A DNA stretch of 64,000 nucleotides from an uncultured Bacilli bacterium (GCA_944363735.1 CALVVB010000001.1:91605-155604), one strand, 5' to 3'; positions 42,819-52,541 are shown, numbered from the stretch's first letter. Made by a program: numbers and translations. Notes: generated from the sequence alone by a model not told the origin.

Positions 42819-43544
42819 GTGATTAATATGGTTGATAAAAAGAAATTAATTAAGATAAGAAATATATCAATAGGAGCAATAATAGGAATTACTATAGGCG
42901 GGGTAGGAACTAATTTATTAGAAGGTATAACAAGTAGTGGTATTATAAATATACCTTTTATAATAGATGAAATACCAGTATATCCTATAACGAAACAAGA
43001 ATTTTATATAGACAGTATATCCGAAAATGATAATATAATAAGAGAAAAGGAACCTACTAAATCTAATATGACAAAAGGTGACATATTAATGTTAAATGAT
43101 GCTGAAATAAATATTACAGAACCATATAAAGAAAGATTTGATACTGAATGGCGGACTTATGTAACTGATTTAGAATATGTAAAAGAAACTACAACTTATG
43201 CTTTTAAATCACTAACAGAAGATGAAAAAGAAGAAAAAATTAAAAATTTTAAAGAAGGAAATATAGAATTAGCAGTAGAAAACTATGATACTTTATCCGA
43301 AACAGAAGAAGAAATAATTTATCTAACCAAAGAAGAATTAGAAAATAACACATATTCAGCAAGTTTAATTATAAATAATATTGACTATAAAAATAAAAAA
43401 ATGACTGATGAGAGCGAAAGCTATAATATTGTATATAGTGCTGCATATAGTGTAACGTCAGTTTCAGTAGGAATATTTGGTGGATTATTTGCTTATATTA
43501 TTGGAGAAAAAGATAAAAAAAATGTAAAGAAGAAGATAAAGTAA
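42819..43544 (+). CDS. hypothetical protein with two terminal TM segments and an acidic central domain (paralogue A)
   Basis: 241-aa ORF. N-terminal TM ISIGAIIGITIGGVG and C-terminal TM followed by KKKIK. It shares this architecture and several motifs with 43708-44334. Confidence 0.5.
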   Translation: MINMVDKKKLIKIRNISIGAIIGITIGGVGTNLLEGITSSGIINIPFIIDEIPVYPITKQEFYIDSISENDNIIREKEPTKSNMTKGDILMLNDAEINITEPYKERFDTEWRTYVTDLEYVKETTTYAFKSLTEDEKEEKIKNFKEGNIELAVENYDTLSETEEEIIYLTKEELENNTYSASLIINNIDYKNKKMTDESESYNIVYSAAYSVTSVSVGIFGGLFAYIIGEKDKKNVKKKIK

Positions 43545-43593
43545 GTAATAATAAAAGAAACTAAATATAAAATATTGAATTGTAGAATTTTTT

Positions 43594-43660
43594 ATTAAAT
43601 TAGTAGATGAAGAGACTAAAGAAGAGATAAAATGAAAATAATGTCTCTTTTTTTTGATTA
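43594..43660 (+). repeat. direct repeat copy 2 (a copy of the rplQ 3' end plus terminator hairpin, with a 6-nt insertion)
   Basis: Near-identical to 42715-42765, with tgaaaa inserted in the loop. The stem carries compensatory changes (gaagagaTa / tgtctcttT), consistent with a retained hairpin followed by a T-run. Confidence 0.8.
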
Positions 43661-43707
43661 TAAAGGAAAAAATGATATAATAAAAAGTATCTTGAGGAGG
43701 AAGTAGT

Positions 43708-44334
43708 ATGAAAGACAAAAATAAAAGTATTAGAAACTTAACAATAGGAGCTGTAACAGGAGGTTTAATTGTAGGAGGAGCTACTCTTGCTTTAATTGAG
43801 AAGAAACCATTTATAAGAGATTATATAGATACTTATCGAGTAACCACAGATACAACTATTAAGACAACAGAAGGTTTAACTAGATTAAAACCATCAGTAC
43901 AATATTTAACTGCAGATAAAATCAAAGATATAAATCAACTAGAGGTAAAAAGCTACACACAAACAAAGGATAGTTATGATGTAGACGTATATGGTTTTTC
44001 AAATGGCAGTTTAACAGACAAAGAAATAACTACAAAACAAAATCAATTTGAAAATGGCAATGCTCTATTATCAATGAGTAATTATGATAATCATGATGAA
44101 TATCAAGTAGAAACTAGAGAATTACCTGCAAGTTATGAAAATATTCTAGAAGAAATAAGTATCAAAACTATTAATTATAATAGTGTAATAAAGGTAAGAG
44201 AAAGTAGAGAAACTAATATAAAAGATACAACTTTTTGGATTTTAATGACAGCAGTAGGGGCTTATATTGGACTTATGTGTGGTAATGCAGTAGATGTAGT
44301 ATTTTCTAAAAAATTAAAGAAGAAAACAAAATAA
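43708..44334 (+). CDS. hypothetical two-TM protein (paralogue B of 42819-43544)
   Basis: 208-aa ORF. N-terminal TM LTIGAVTGGLIVGGATLAL and C-terminal TM followed by KKLKKKTK. An AGGAGG ribosome-binding site is present. Confidence 0.5.
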   Translation: MKDKNKSIRNLTIGAVTGGLIVGGATLALIEKKPFIRDYIDTYRVTTDTTIKTTEGLTRLKPSVQYLTADKIKDINQLEVKSYTQTKDSYDVDVYGFSNGSLTDKEITTKQNQFENGNALLSMSNYDNHDEYQVETRELPASYENILEEISIKTINYNSVIKVRESRETNIKDTTFWILMTAVGAYIGLMCGNAVDVVFSKKLKKKTK

Positions 44335-44409
44335 TGTCATTATTTGCCTATAATTTCCACTTGCTCATTCTCTCATTCTGTACTACAATGATTAAAATGG
44401 AGAAGTGCT

Positions 44410-45273
44410 ATGGAAAACAATATAAAAATTACAATTTTAAATGAAGCAAAAGAAAGTATTGAAAACGGAGATATAAATAATGCAGAATCATTACTTAAAG
44501 GATATCTTGATTTTAATAAAGACTCTGAAGTTGCCGCCTTACTTGCAGTCATTTACACTCAAAGAGGAGAACTAAAGGAAGCACTAGAGATATTAAAAAG
44601 TCAAGATTCTAATTATTTTTGTGTTTATAAAAGTCTAAGTGAAGTATATATTAAATTAGAAAAATATGACAAACTATACAATTTATGGAAGAAAAATATA
44701 AATAGAAACTTTCAAGATTTAAAGAGAGAAAAAGATTTAAAAAAAACAGAACAATATTTAAAAAGAGTACAAGTATTTTTAAAATTATTTGTAAATAAAA
44801 GAATAGAGACACCTAAAGAATTAGACTATAAGGAACAACAGTATATGAAATATGATCATAAAAAAGCTTTAGAGCATATTACCTTAAGACATACTAGTAA
44901 AAATAATATACCAACTAAAGATACTGGAACAATTTTTTATAATAAATATGATTTAGAAGAATTATTTCTTGCCATATCAAGAAATATTGAGTTTGAAAAA
45001 AGAGAAATAAAATTGAATTGGGATTTTTCCGATACATATATCTTTAGATTTGCTAATATAGGAATTAGTGACTATGATGGTAGAAAATTAAATTTTATAC
45101 GTGTTGCAACTATTCCTAATACTAATAAAATAATTACTATGTTTCCTACCTATAATAGAAAGAGTTCAACTGTATGTTCACTTCAAAAAGAAGATATGCT
45201 TTCAATATGTAATTCTATTGTTCATACAGATAGAACTTATAGAGTTAAAACATATAGTATTAACAAAAAGTAG
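44410..45273 (+). CDS. hypothetical protein
   Basis: 287-aa ORF with a helical, TPR-like N-terminal region. No family recognised. Confidence 0.4.
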   Translation: MENNIKITILNEAKESIENGDINNAESLLKGYLDFNKDSEVAALLAVIYTQRGELKEALEILKSQDSNYFCVYKSLSEVYIKLEKYDKLYNLWKKNINRNFQDLKREKDLKKTEQYLKRVQVFLKLFVNKRIETPKELDYKEQQYMKYDHKKALEHITLRHTSKNNIPTKDTGTIFYNKYDLEELFLAISRNIEFEKREIKLNWDFSDTYIFRFANIGISDYDGRKLNFIRVATIPNTNKIITMFPTYNRKSSTVCSLQKEDMLSICNSIVHTDRTYRVKTYSINKK

Positions 45274-45302
45274 TTGCAATACCTAATATTATTTCGTATA
45301 AT
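45274..45302 (+). promoter_or_regulatory. sigma-A-type promoter (TTGCAA, 17-nt spacer, TATAAT)
   Basis: -35 TTGCAA at 45274-45279 and -10 TATAAT at 45297-45302, separated by 17 nt. It drives the T-box-like leader. Confidence 0.55.
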
Positions 45303-45309
45303 AATACTA

Positions 45310-45515
45310 GATTTTAAATGTGGTTGTAGTAGTAAAAAAGACCTATTTTAATAGAGAGTTTGTGGTTGGTGTAAACAAACATAATAGCTTTTTGAACTTG
45401 ATAACCTTAAACATTTACGGATAAGTCCGATATAACTTTAAAGTGCATAGATTTCTATGAAATAAGGTGGTACCACGGGTTATCTCGTCCTTATTAATAG
45501 GAATCTATTTTTGTT
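45310..45515 (+). promoter_or_regulatory. T-box riboswitch-like leader upstream of the small-ORF and leuS unit
   Basis: A T-box-like 14-mer AAGGTGGTACCACG at 45464-45477 sits inside a hairpin (aataagg...ccttatt) that is followed by a U-rich tract. An AG-rich stem-I-like region (atagagag) lies upstream. Confidence 0.55.
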
Positions 45516-45528
45516 AGGAGGTATGTCT

Positions 45529-45891
45529 ATGTTAGAAGAAGTAATTTTATTTATTATGACTTTTTTACTAATTTTTATAATCTATGAATTATTTTTAGTA
45601 AGAAAATCTAAAAAAGATAAAAGAAGAAAGAAACCAGTTGAGGTTAATTACCTGATAGGTAAATATAACCTTGATTTAGATAAACTAAACTATAAGAGAC
45701 TCTTAAATATAATTAGTGCTGTTAGTGCTTTCGATATTTCATTAGTAGTAACAATAGTCTCATTATTAGATAGTTTTTATCTACAGTTATTGATAGGATT
45801 TGTCTTAATAATGCTATTAATAATTGTAAGTTATGACATAGTAGGAAGAATATACAAGAAGAAAGGATGTTGCAAGAATGGAAAAAATTAA
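45529..45891 (+). CDS. small hypothetical two-TM membrane protein between the T-box and leuS
   Basis: An AGGAGG ribosome-binding site lies 9 nt before ATG 45529. Two hydrophobic helices, with a Lys-rich loop and C-terminus. It overlaps the leuS start by 14 nt. Confidence 0.4.
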   Translation: MLEEVILFIMTFLLIFIIYELFLVRKSKKDKRRKKPVEVNYLIGKYNLDLDKLNYKRLLNIISAVSAFDISLVVTIVSLLDSFYLQLLIGFVLIMLLIIVSYDIVGRIYKKKGCCKNGKN

Positions 45892-48280
45892 TGATATAGA
45901 AAAGAAATGGCAAGATTATTGGCTAAATAATAAGTGCTTTAAAGCTGTAACAGGAGAAAAAGATAAAGAACCATACTATATTTTAGTAGAGTTTCCTTAT
46001 CCATCGGGAGCAGGATTACATGTAGGTCATGTTAGAAGTTATACTGCCCAAGATGTACTTGCAAGAGTAAAACGTATGCAAGGATATAACGTTTTATTCC
46101 CAATGGGGTGGGATGCCTTTGGTGCACCTGCAGAACAATATGCTATTAAAAATCATATTCATCCAAAAGATGCTGTTAAAGAAAATATAAAAACCTTTAA
46201 AGGACAAATGATGTCACTAGGATTCTCATTTGACTGGGATAGAGAGTTCTCTACAACAGATCCAGAATACTATAAATGGACTCAGTGGCAGTTCTTACAA
46301 TTTTACAAACATGGTATGGCTTATAAAGATAAGAAAGATGTAAACTGGTGCCCAACTTGTAAAAGTGTATTGTCAAATGAAGATGCCGCTGGTGGTGTAT
46401 GTGAAAGATGTGGCAGTAAAGTTGTTCAAAAAGAAAAAGAACAATGGATGTTAAGAATGAGTGATTATGCCGAGGATTTACTTAAAGGTTTAGATGATAC
46501 AAACTTTGCAGAACGTGTAAAACTAGGACAAATAAACTGGATAGGTAAGTCAACAGGTGCAGAAATAGATTTTACTATTGAAGAGACTAATGATAAATTA
46601 ACTGTCTATACCACAAGATGTGATACATTGTTTGGTGTAACTTTCATGGTAGTGGCACCAGAACATCCAATATTAGAAAAATTAAAAGATATAATTACTA
46701 ATATGGATGAAGTAAGAAAGTATCAAGAGTATGCTAAGAGTAAAAGTGCTTTTGAAAGAGTAGAAGTAAACAAAGCTAAAACAGGTGTAAAATTAGAAGG
46801 TATAACTGTAAAGAACCCTGTAAGTGGTAAGACAGTTGACGTCTTTATCTCTGACTATGTTATGATGGGATATGGAACAGGTGCAATTATGGCAGTTCCT
46901 GCACATGACCAAAGAGATTATGACTTTGCTAAGAAATATAATATTCCTATCATCGAAGTAATTGAAGGTGGAGATATTTCTAAAGAAGCCTATACTGGTG
47001 ATGGTAAAATGATTAACTCAGACTTCTTAAATGGTTATACCAATAAGAAAGACTCTATAAATAGAATGTTAGAGTACTTAAAAGAAAACAATTTAGGAAG
47101 AGAAAAAACAAACTATCGTTTACAAGACTGGATTTTCTCAAGACAAAGATTCTGGGGAGAACCAATACCAATGATATACTGTGAAAAATGTGGATGGCAA
47201 CCTATGGATGAGAAAGACCTACCTCTATTACTTCCAGACGTTGCAGAATATGAACCAACAGATACAGGAGAGTCACCTCTTGCTAAAATAACAGAATGGG
47301 TTAATACAACTTGTCCATGCTGTGGTGGTCCTGCAAGACGTGAGACTGATACTATGCCTAACTGGGCAGGATCATCTTGGTATTTCTTAAGATTTATGGA
47401 TTCAGATAATGAAAAAGAATTTGCCTCTATGGATGCCATGAAATATTGGAAAAAAGTAAATTGGTACAATGGAGGTATGGAACATACAGCAAGACATTTA
47501 CTATATGCAAGATTCTGGGTACAGTTCTTATATAATATTGGTTTAGTTCCATCTAAAGAAATGATTGATGTTCGTGTTAGTCATGGTATGGTTTTAGGAC
47601 CAGATAATCAAAAGATGAGTAAGAGTAAAGGTAATGTCATAAATCCTGATGATATCGTAAAAGAATATGGTGCTGATACTCTTAGAACTTATGAAATGTT
47701 TATGGGTGACTATACTCAAGATGTTCCATGGAGTACAGATTCTCTAAGAGGATGTAAGAGATTCTTAGATAAAGTAGAGCGTCTAAAATTTAAAGTTAAT
47801 GATAAAACTGGCTTTACAGATTCATTAGTAGTTTTACAAAATAAGGTAGTAAAAGACATAGATTCATCACTATCAAGAATGAGTTATAACACTTATATAT
47901 CTTCATTAATGATATTAACTAATGCCTATGATGACTTAGATAGTATAACTAAAAAAGATTATCATTTATTATTAACACTATTAAATCCAGTCGCTCCTCA
48001 TATTACAGAAGAGTTAAATGAATCTTTAGGATATGAACCTTTATGCTATGAAAAATGGCCTAAATATGATGAGTCTAAACTTGTAGAAACAGAAAAAGAA
48101 ATAGCAGTACAAGTAAATGGTAAAGTACGTGCTACTATAACAATAAATATTAATGATAGTGAAGATATAATTAAAGAAAAAGCTTTAGAACAAGAAAATG
48201 TAAAGAAATTCACTGAAGGTAAAGAAATAGTTAAGATAATAGTTATCAAAGGAAAAATAGTAAATATAGTAGTTAAATAG
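45878..48280 (+). CDS. leuS: leucyl-tRNA synthetase
   Basis: 800 aa with HVGH (as HVGHVRSY) and KMSKS motifs and a CP1 editing domain. Confidence 0.95.
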   Translation: MEKINDIEKKWQDYWLNNKCFKAVTGEKDKEPYYILVEFPYPSGAGLHVGHVRSYTAQDVLARVKRMQGYNVLFPMGWDAFGAPAEQYAIKNHIHPKDAVKENIKTFKGQMMSLGFSFDWDREFSTTDPEYYKWTQWQFLQFYKHGMAYKDKKDVNWCPTCKSVLSNEDAAGGVCERCGSKVVQKEKEQWMLRMSDYAEDLLKGLDDTNFAERVKLGQINWIGKSTGAEIDFTIEETNDKLTVYTTRCDTLFGVTFMVVAPEHPILEKLKDIITNMDEVRKYQEYAKSKSAFERVEVNKAKTGVKLEGITVKNPVSGKTVDVFISDYVMMGYGTGAIMAVPAHDQRDYDFAKKYNIPIIEVIEGGDISKEAYTGDGKMINSDFLNGYTNKKDSINRMLEYLKENNLGREKTNYRLQDWIFSRQRFWGEPIPMIYCEKCGWQPMDEKDLPLLLPDVAEYEPTDTGESPLAKITEWVNTTCPCCGGPARRETDTMPNWAGSSWYFLRFMDSDNEKEFASMDAMKYWKKVNWYNGGMEHTARHLLYARFWVQFLYNIGLVPSKEMIDVRVSHGMVLGPDNQKMSKSKGNVINPDDIVKEYGADTLRTYEMFMGDYTQDVPWSTDSLRGCKRFLDKVERLKFKVNDKTGFTDSLVVLQNKVVKDIDSSLSRMSYNTYISSLMILTNAYDDLDSITKKDYHLLLTLLNPVAPHITEELNESLGYEPLCYEKWPKYDESKLVETEKEIAVQVNGKVRATITININDSEDIIKEKALEQENVKKFTEGKEIVKIIVIKGKIVNIVVK

Positions 48281-48288
48281 TTTTAAAC

Positions 48289-48327
48289 AAGCAAAGAGGA
48301 AAAAGATAATTCTCTTTGCTTTTTTCC
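48289..48327 (+). terminator. intrinsic terminator after leuS
   Basis: 10-bp stem aagcaaagag / ctctttgctt followed by tttttt. Confidence 0.65.
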
Positions 48328-48379
48328 ACATTTTTTGTGGAAAAAGTGTTTTAAAATATAGTAGAAAGGCTGTGACTAT

Positions 48380-48550
48380 ATGAAAGTAAAGATATTTGAT
48401 TATGAAGATGAGAGTGATTTACAAAAAGCTATGAATGAATTTTTAGGAGATTTGGAAGGAGAAGTTGTAGATATTAAGTATGCTGTTAGTTCTTTTCCTA
48501 GTGGAGAAGAACAGATTTATTGCTTTTCTGCTATGATAATTTATTATTAA
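48380..48550 (+). CDS. Cse60-family small sporulation protein (unannotated 56-aa ORF)
   Basis: MKVKIFDYEDESDLQKAMNEFLGDLEGEVVDIKYAVSSFPSGEEQIYCFSAMIIYY matches the conserved Cse60/YteV pattern (KLFDE..EKDL...FL......IDI.Y.VS......EQ.YCFSA.I.Y). Confidence 0.55.
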   Translation: MKVKIFDYEDESDLQKAMNEFLGDLEGEVVDIKYAVSSFPSGEEQIYCFSAMIIYY

Positions 48551-48610
48551 GTTGCCTACTTTCTATGTTATACTATACATAGTAATCTATGTTAAGGAGC
48601 TAATTATAAT

Positions 48611-49159
48611 ATGAAAGAAGAATTAATTGATGTATTAAATGAGAATGGTATAAAAACCGGAGAAGTTTTACCACGTAGTGAAGTACATAAAAAAGGTTTA
48701 TGGCATAGAGCTATTGTCGTAGCCATTATAAATGAAAAGAATGAAATTTTAATTCAACAAAGAAGCGCAAACAAAGAAAAAAATGCTAATATGTGGGATA
48801 TCTCAGTAGCAGGACATCTTTCAGCAGGGCAAGATTCTTTACAAGCTGCAAATAGAGAAATTAGTGAAGAGGTAACTATTTGTTTAGGCTATAATATTGA
48901 AGTAAAAGATTTTCGTTTTATGTTTTCATTTAGAAAACAGCAAGATTTTAAAGAGAATTTTATTGAAAACCAATTTTATGATTTCTTTATATTAAGACAA
49001 ATAGGTATAAATGAAAATAATATTAGATTTCAAAAAGAAGAAGTACAAGCAATTAAATTTGTAAATATATCCACATTAAATGAAATGAGAGAAAATAATG
49101 AATTAGTAGAAAGAGATGAATGTTATGATGCTTTAACAGAATATTTATTTAGAATGTAG
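48611..49159 (+). CDS. NUDIX hydrolase
   Basis: Nudix box GQDSLQAANREISEEVTI (GX5EX7REUXEEXGU-like). 182 aa. Confidence 0.7.
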   Translation: MKEELIDVLNENGIKTGEVLPRSEVHKKGLWHRAIVVAIINEKNEILIQQRSANKEKNANMWDISVAGHLSAGQDSLQAANREISEEVTICLGYNIEVKDFRFMFSFRKQQDFKENFIENQFYDFFILRQIGINENNIRFQKEEVQAIKFVNISTLNEMRENNELVERDECYDALTEYLFRM

Positions 49160-49291
49160 TATTACAAATAATATATTTACGAAAACCCGTACTATGAAAG
49201 ATACGGGTTTAATGCTATACTATATATGAATACATTTATTTGGAATTAGATGCTTTCTATAATATTAAAGTTATAGAAAGGAGCAAGATAT

Positions 49292-49369
49292 ATGAATAAA
49301 CGAGAAAAATCTTTTTTCATAATTATCATTATTTTGCTATTCATTGTTATCTCCCCTATTTATAGATAA
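49292..49369 (+). CDS. possible 25-aa hydrophobic micro-ORF (MNKREKSFFIIIIILLFIVISPIYR)
   Basis: A GAAAGGAG ribosome-binding site lies 7 nt upstream. The ORF is flanked by GGAATTAGATGC direct repeats and palindromes. It could be spurious. Confidence 0.2.
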   Translation: MNKREKSFFIIIIILLFIVISPIYR

Positions 49370-49528
49370 TAATAACATCTAATTCCTTATGGAATTAGAT
49401 GCCCTATAAAAAACATCTTTTGAAAGCATCTATTCTAATAGATGTATTCATTTTTATTTTATGCAAATCTCTTTGCTAAATACATAATACCATACTTTTA
49501 TATTGATGTCAAAGTATCAGATATGAAT

Positions 49529-50830
49529 TTACTTAAATATAGTCTTAACACCTAAATATTCTGGAAAGTATTTTCTTGCCATATCAGTATATTTAGGATT
49601 AATTACTAAATCATACTCTCCAACTAATTCAACAACTTCACCACCAAAGTTCTTTTTATAGTTGTATGAGTTTTTTAATTTATTATTAGAATCATTAATA
49701 TCACCAATTTCATATAAATTATAATACTTATAACCATTATCTATTGCATACTTAATCATTTCATAATGAAGTGTATAAGAAGCATCTAACTTATTATATT
49801 CATCTACTATTCCACCATTTAAGGCCACTACTTCATTACCTATAGTTATAAACATATAAATACCCATACTAGCATCATCACTACATTTAGAAAAGTATTC
49901 TTTTAAACTTTCTAATCTTTTAATCTCTTTTTCATCTTCAAGTTCTTTATCAATAAAATATTCTTCTGTCATCTTTGAATTGTGATAATTATCTATTCTA
50001 AATTCTTTATCTTTTATTACATCTGAAATCATCTTATCAATATTATTAATAACTTCATCCCTCTTAAAATAAACTTCCATGAACTTAATATTCTCATCAA
50101 AAGTTTGTTTTAAGTCTTCATAAAATATCTTAGTAGGTACGATAATATTATACTTTTTACTTTCATTATTAATAATATCTATAAATTTATCTATATCCTT
50201 AAAATCAAAGTCTCTTACTTTAAATCCTAGTCTTTCATTTCTTCTAACAGTCTGTCTTGCTTTAGAACTAAAATTATTAAAAATATCATCTATAGTCTTC
50301 TCTTTTAAATTAATTCTACTAAGCCATTTAGGTTGAATCCTATCATTAACCTTAATAAAATTAGCATTAGTAAGATTAACCTCTACAAAGTCATTATAGA
50401 CTCCACCTTCTATAATATTACCTTCACTATCTCTATCCCTTACCAAAATATAGGGATCGATCTTTAAAAAGACACCATGTTTTTCTATAATAAACTTCTT
50501 AACTTCTTCTGTGAACTCTTTTAATAGTTCCTCATTCTTATAATCTATTAAAAAACCTCTAGGGGCGTAGAATAATCTCTCCTTATCTTTTTTTCTCTCA
50601 TAAGAAAGGAGTAAACTCGCTCCTACCATTTTTTCTTTAATAAATCCCCCTACATAGTAAGCATGGAATTTATCACCTTCCATAAATCTCCCCCAAGAAC
50701 TTGTTTGTTGAAAACTACCTAAAGGGTGATTAAGAGCAAACTGGTCAAACTCTTTTTTCGTTAATTCTTTAAGTTCCATTAAATCACCTCTATCTTCTTT
50801 AATTATACAAGTTACTTTAAAACTTTTCAA
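49529..50830 (-). CDS. FemAB-family peptidoglycan interpeptide-bridge aminoacyltransferase (Fem paralogue 1)
   Basis: 433 aa. N-terminus LTKKEFDQFALNHPLGSFQQTSSWG is typical of the FemABX family, and a coiled-coil insert is present. Confidence 0.75.
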   Translation of the reverse strand: MKSFKVTCIIKEDRGDLMELKELTKKEFDQFALNHPLGSFQQTSSWGRFMEGDKFHAYYVGGFIKEKMVGASLLLSYERKKDKERLFYAPRGFLIDYKNEELLKEFTEEVKKFIIEKHGVFLKIDPYILVRDRDSEGNIIEGGVYNDFVEVNLTNANFIKVNDRIQPKWLSRINLKEKTIDDIFNNFSSKARQTVRRNERLGFKVRDFDFKDIDKFIDIINNESKKYNIIVPTKIFYEDLKQTFDENIKFMEVYFKRDEVINNIDKMISDVIKDKEFRIDNYHNSKMTEEYFIDKELEDEKEIKRLESLKEYFSKCSDDASMGIYMFITIGNEVVALNGGIVDEYNKLDASYTLHYEMIKYAIDNGYKYYNLYEIGDINDSNNKLKNSYNYKKNFGGEVVELVGEYDLVINPKYTDMARKYFPEYLGVKTIFK

Positions 50831-50869
50831 TAATATGGTATTATATTTAAAGAAATTGGAGGATGTAAC

Positions 50870-52540
50870 ATGGCAAAAACAAAGACAAAGAAAAATAAGG
50901 AACTAAAACAAAATTCCTTTTTAAATGGAGCCTTTATTGCCACACTAGGTATAGTAGGTAGTAAAATATTAGGTATGCTTTATGTAATACCATTTTATGC
51001 TATTATAGGAGGACAGGGAGGAGCCTTATATGGTTATGCCTATACAATCTATAATTTATTTCAATCCCTAAGCTGTGCAGGTATTCCTAATGCTATTAGT
51101 AAAATAATTAGTGAGTATCAGACATTAGGTTATTATAATGCTAAAGAAAAAGCCTTTAAATTAGGTAGACGTCTTGCCATTATTATGGGCTTTACTATCT
51201 TTATAATTCTCTTTGTCTTCGCTCCTGATATTGCCAAAGCAATTCTTGGAGACTTAGAAGGTGGTAATACACTAGAAGACGTAACAATGGTAGTAAGAGT
51301 AATTGCCACAGCCATACTTATTGTACCAACACTTAGTATTTATAGAGGTTATTTAGAAGGACATAAATTTATAACGCCTCCATCTATTAGTCAAGTATTA
51401 GAACAATTAGTAAGAGTAATTATTATAGTAGCAGGTAGTTTCTTCGCTATTAATGTCTTTCACTTATCTTTACAAACAGGAGTAGGAGTTGCCGTATTTG
51501 GTGCGACAGCAGGAGCGATATTCGCTTATTTCTATCTATTAGATAAAGTAAAAAAGAATAAAAAGCAATTACACGAAAAGACTGTTTATGTAGATGAACC
51601 AGTAATTAAAACTAAAGAAATATTAAAAAAGATATTATGGTATGCCCTACCTTTTATAATGATAGATGTTTTTAAATCATGTTATGACTTTATTGATATG
51701 ACAACTATTGTTAAAACAATGGTAAATGATATTGGTTATACTACCACTCAAGCTGAAAATATTATGAGTGTAATATCTACTTGGGGTAATAAGATCAATA
51801 TGATAATTGTTTCTATCTCAACAGGTATCATTGTAAGTTTAATACCAAATTTAACATCAGCTTCGGTTAAAAAAGATAAAAAAGATATACATCATAAGAT
51901 AAATCAGACTCTACAAGTATTACTATTCATATCAGTTCCTATGACTTTAGGACTATCTTTCTTAAGTGAACCTGTCTGGGAAGTATTCTATGGTAATAAT
52001 AGTGCATACGGTGCCGTTATAATTAAATACTTTGTCTTTGTCGCTTTAACAATATCAACTTATACAGCTTTAGTATCAATAGTACAAGTCCTAAAATACT
52101 ATAAAGAAGTTTTAATTTCCCTAGTAGTAGGAGTATTAATAAAATTAGTATTAAATGTTCCACTAATAAATCTTTTCCATAACTTAGGTTTTGTCCCAGT
52201 TTATGGTTCAATAACTGCAACTATACTAGGTTATGCCGTAGGAATTATTCTATGTTTAATCTTCCTAAGAAGAAAATGTGGTGTAAGTTATATGCCAACA
52301 GTTAAACTATTAGGTAAAATACTTCTAGCAGATGTTGCTATGCTTATTGTATTATCACTTGTAAAACTAGTAATACCAATTTCATCATCAGTAAGATTAT
52401 TAAACATTCCAATTATCGCTATTTATGCACTTATTGGTGTATTAGTATATTTCTTTGTTTCACATAAATTTAATTTAATAGAAGAAGTATTTGGGAGTAA
52501 ACTAATAAATAAGATAACTAGTAAGTTTAGGAGGAAATAA
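50870..52540 (+). CDS. MOP-superfamily flippase (MurJ / SpoVB / polysaccharide-biosynthesis-protein-like)
   Basis: 556 aa with about 14 TM segments. N-terminus NSFLNGAFIATLGIVGSKILGMLYVIPF...AGIPNAISKIISEY matches the MurJ/SpoVB family. Confidence 0.7.
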   Translation: MAKTKTKKNKELKQNSFLNGAFIATLGIVGSKILGMLYVIPFYAIIGGQGGALYGYAYTIYNLFQSLSCAGIPNAISKIISEYQTLGYYNAKEKAFKLGRRLAIIMGFTIFIILFVFAPDIAKAILGDLEGGNTLEDVTMVVRVIATAILIVPTLSIYRGYLEGHKFITPPSISQVLEQLVRVIIIVAGSFFAINVFHLSLQTGVGVAVFGATAGAIFAYFYLLDKVKKNKKQLHEKTVYVDEPVIKTKEILKKILWYALPFIMIDVFKSCYDFIDMTTIVKTMVNDIGYTTTQAENIMSVISTWGNKINMIIVSISTGIIVSLIPNLTSASVKKDKKDIHHKINQTLQVLLFISVPMTLGLSFLSEPVWEVFYGNNSAYGAVIIKYFVFVALTISTYTALVSIVQVLKYYKEVLISLVVGVLIKLVLNVPLINLFHNLGFVPVYGSITATILGYAVGIILCLIFLRRKCGVSYMPTVKLLGKILLADVAMLIVLSLVKLVIPISSSVRLLNIPIIAIYALIGVLVYFFVSHKFNLIEEVFGSKLINKITSKFRRK

Positions 52541-52541
52541 A

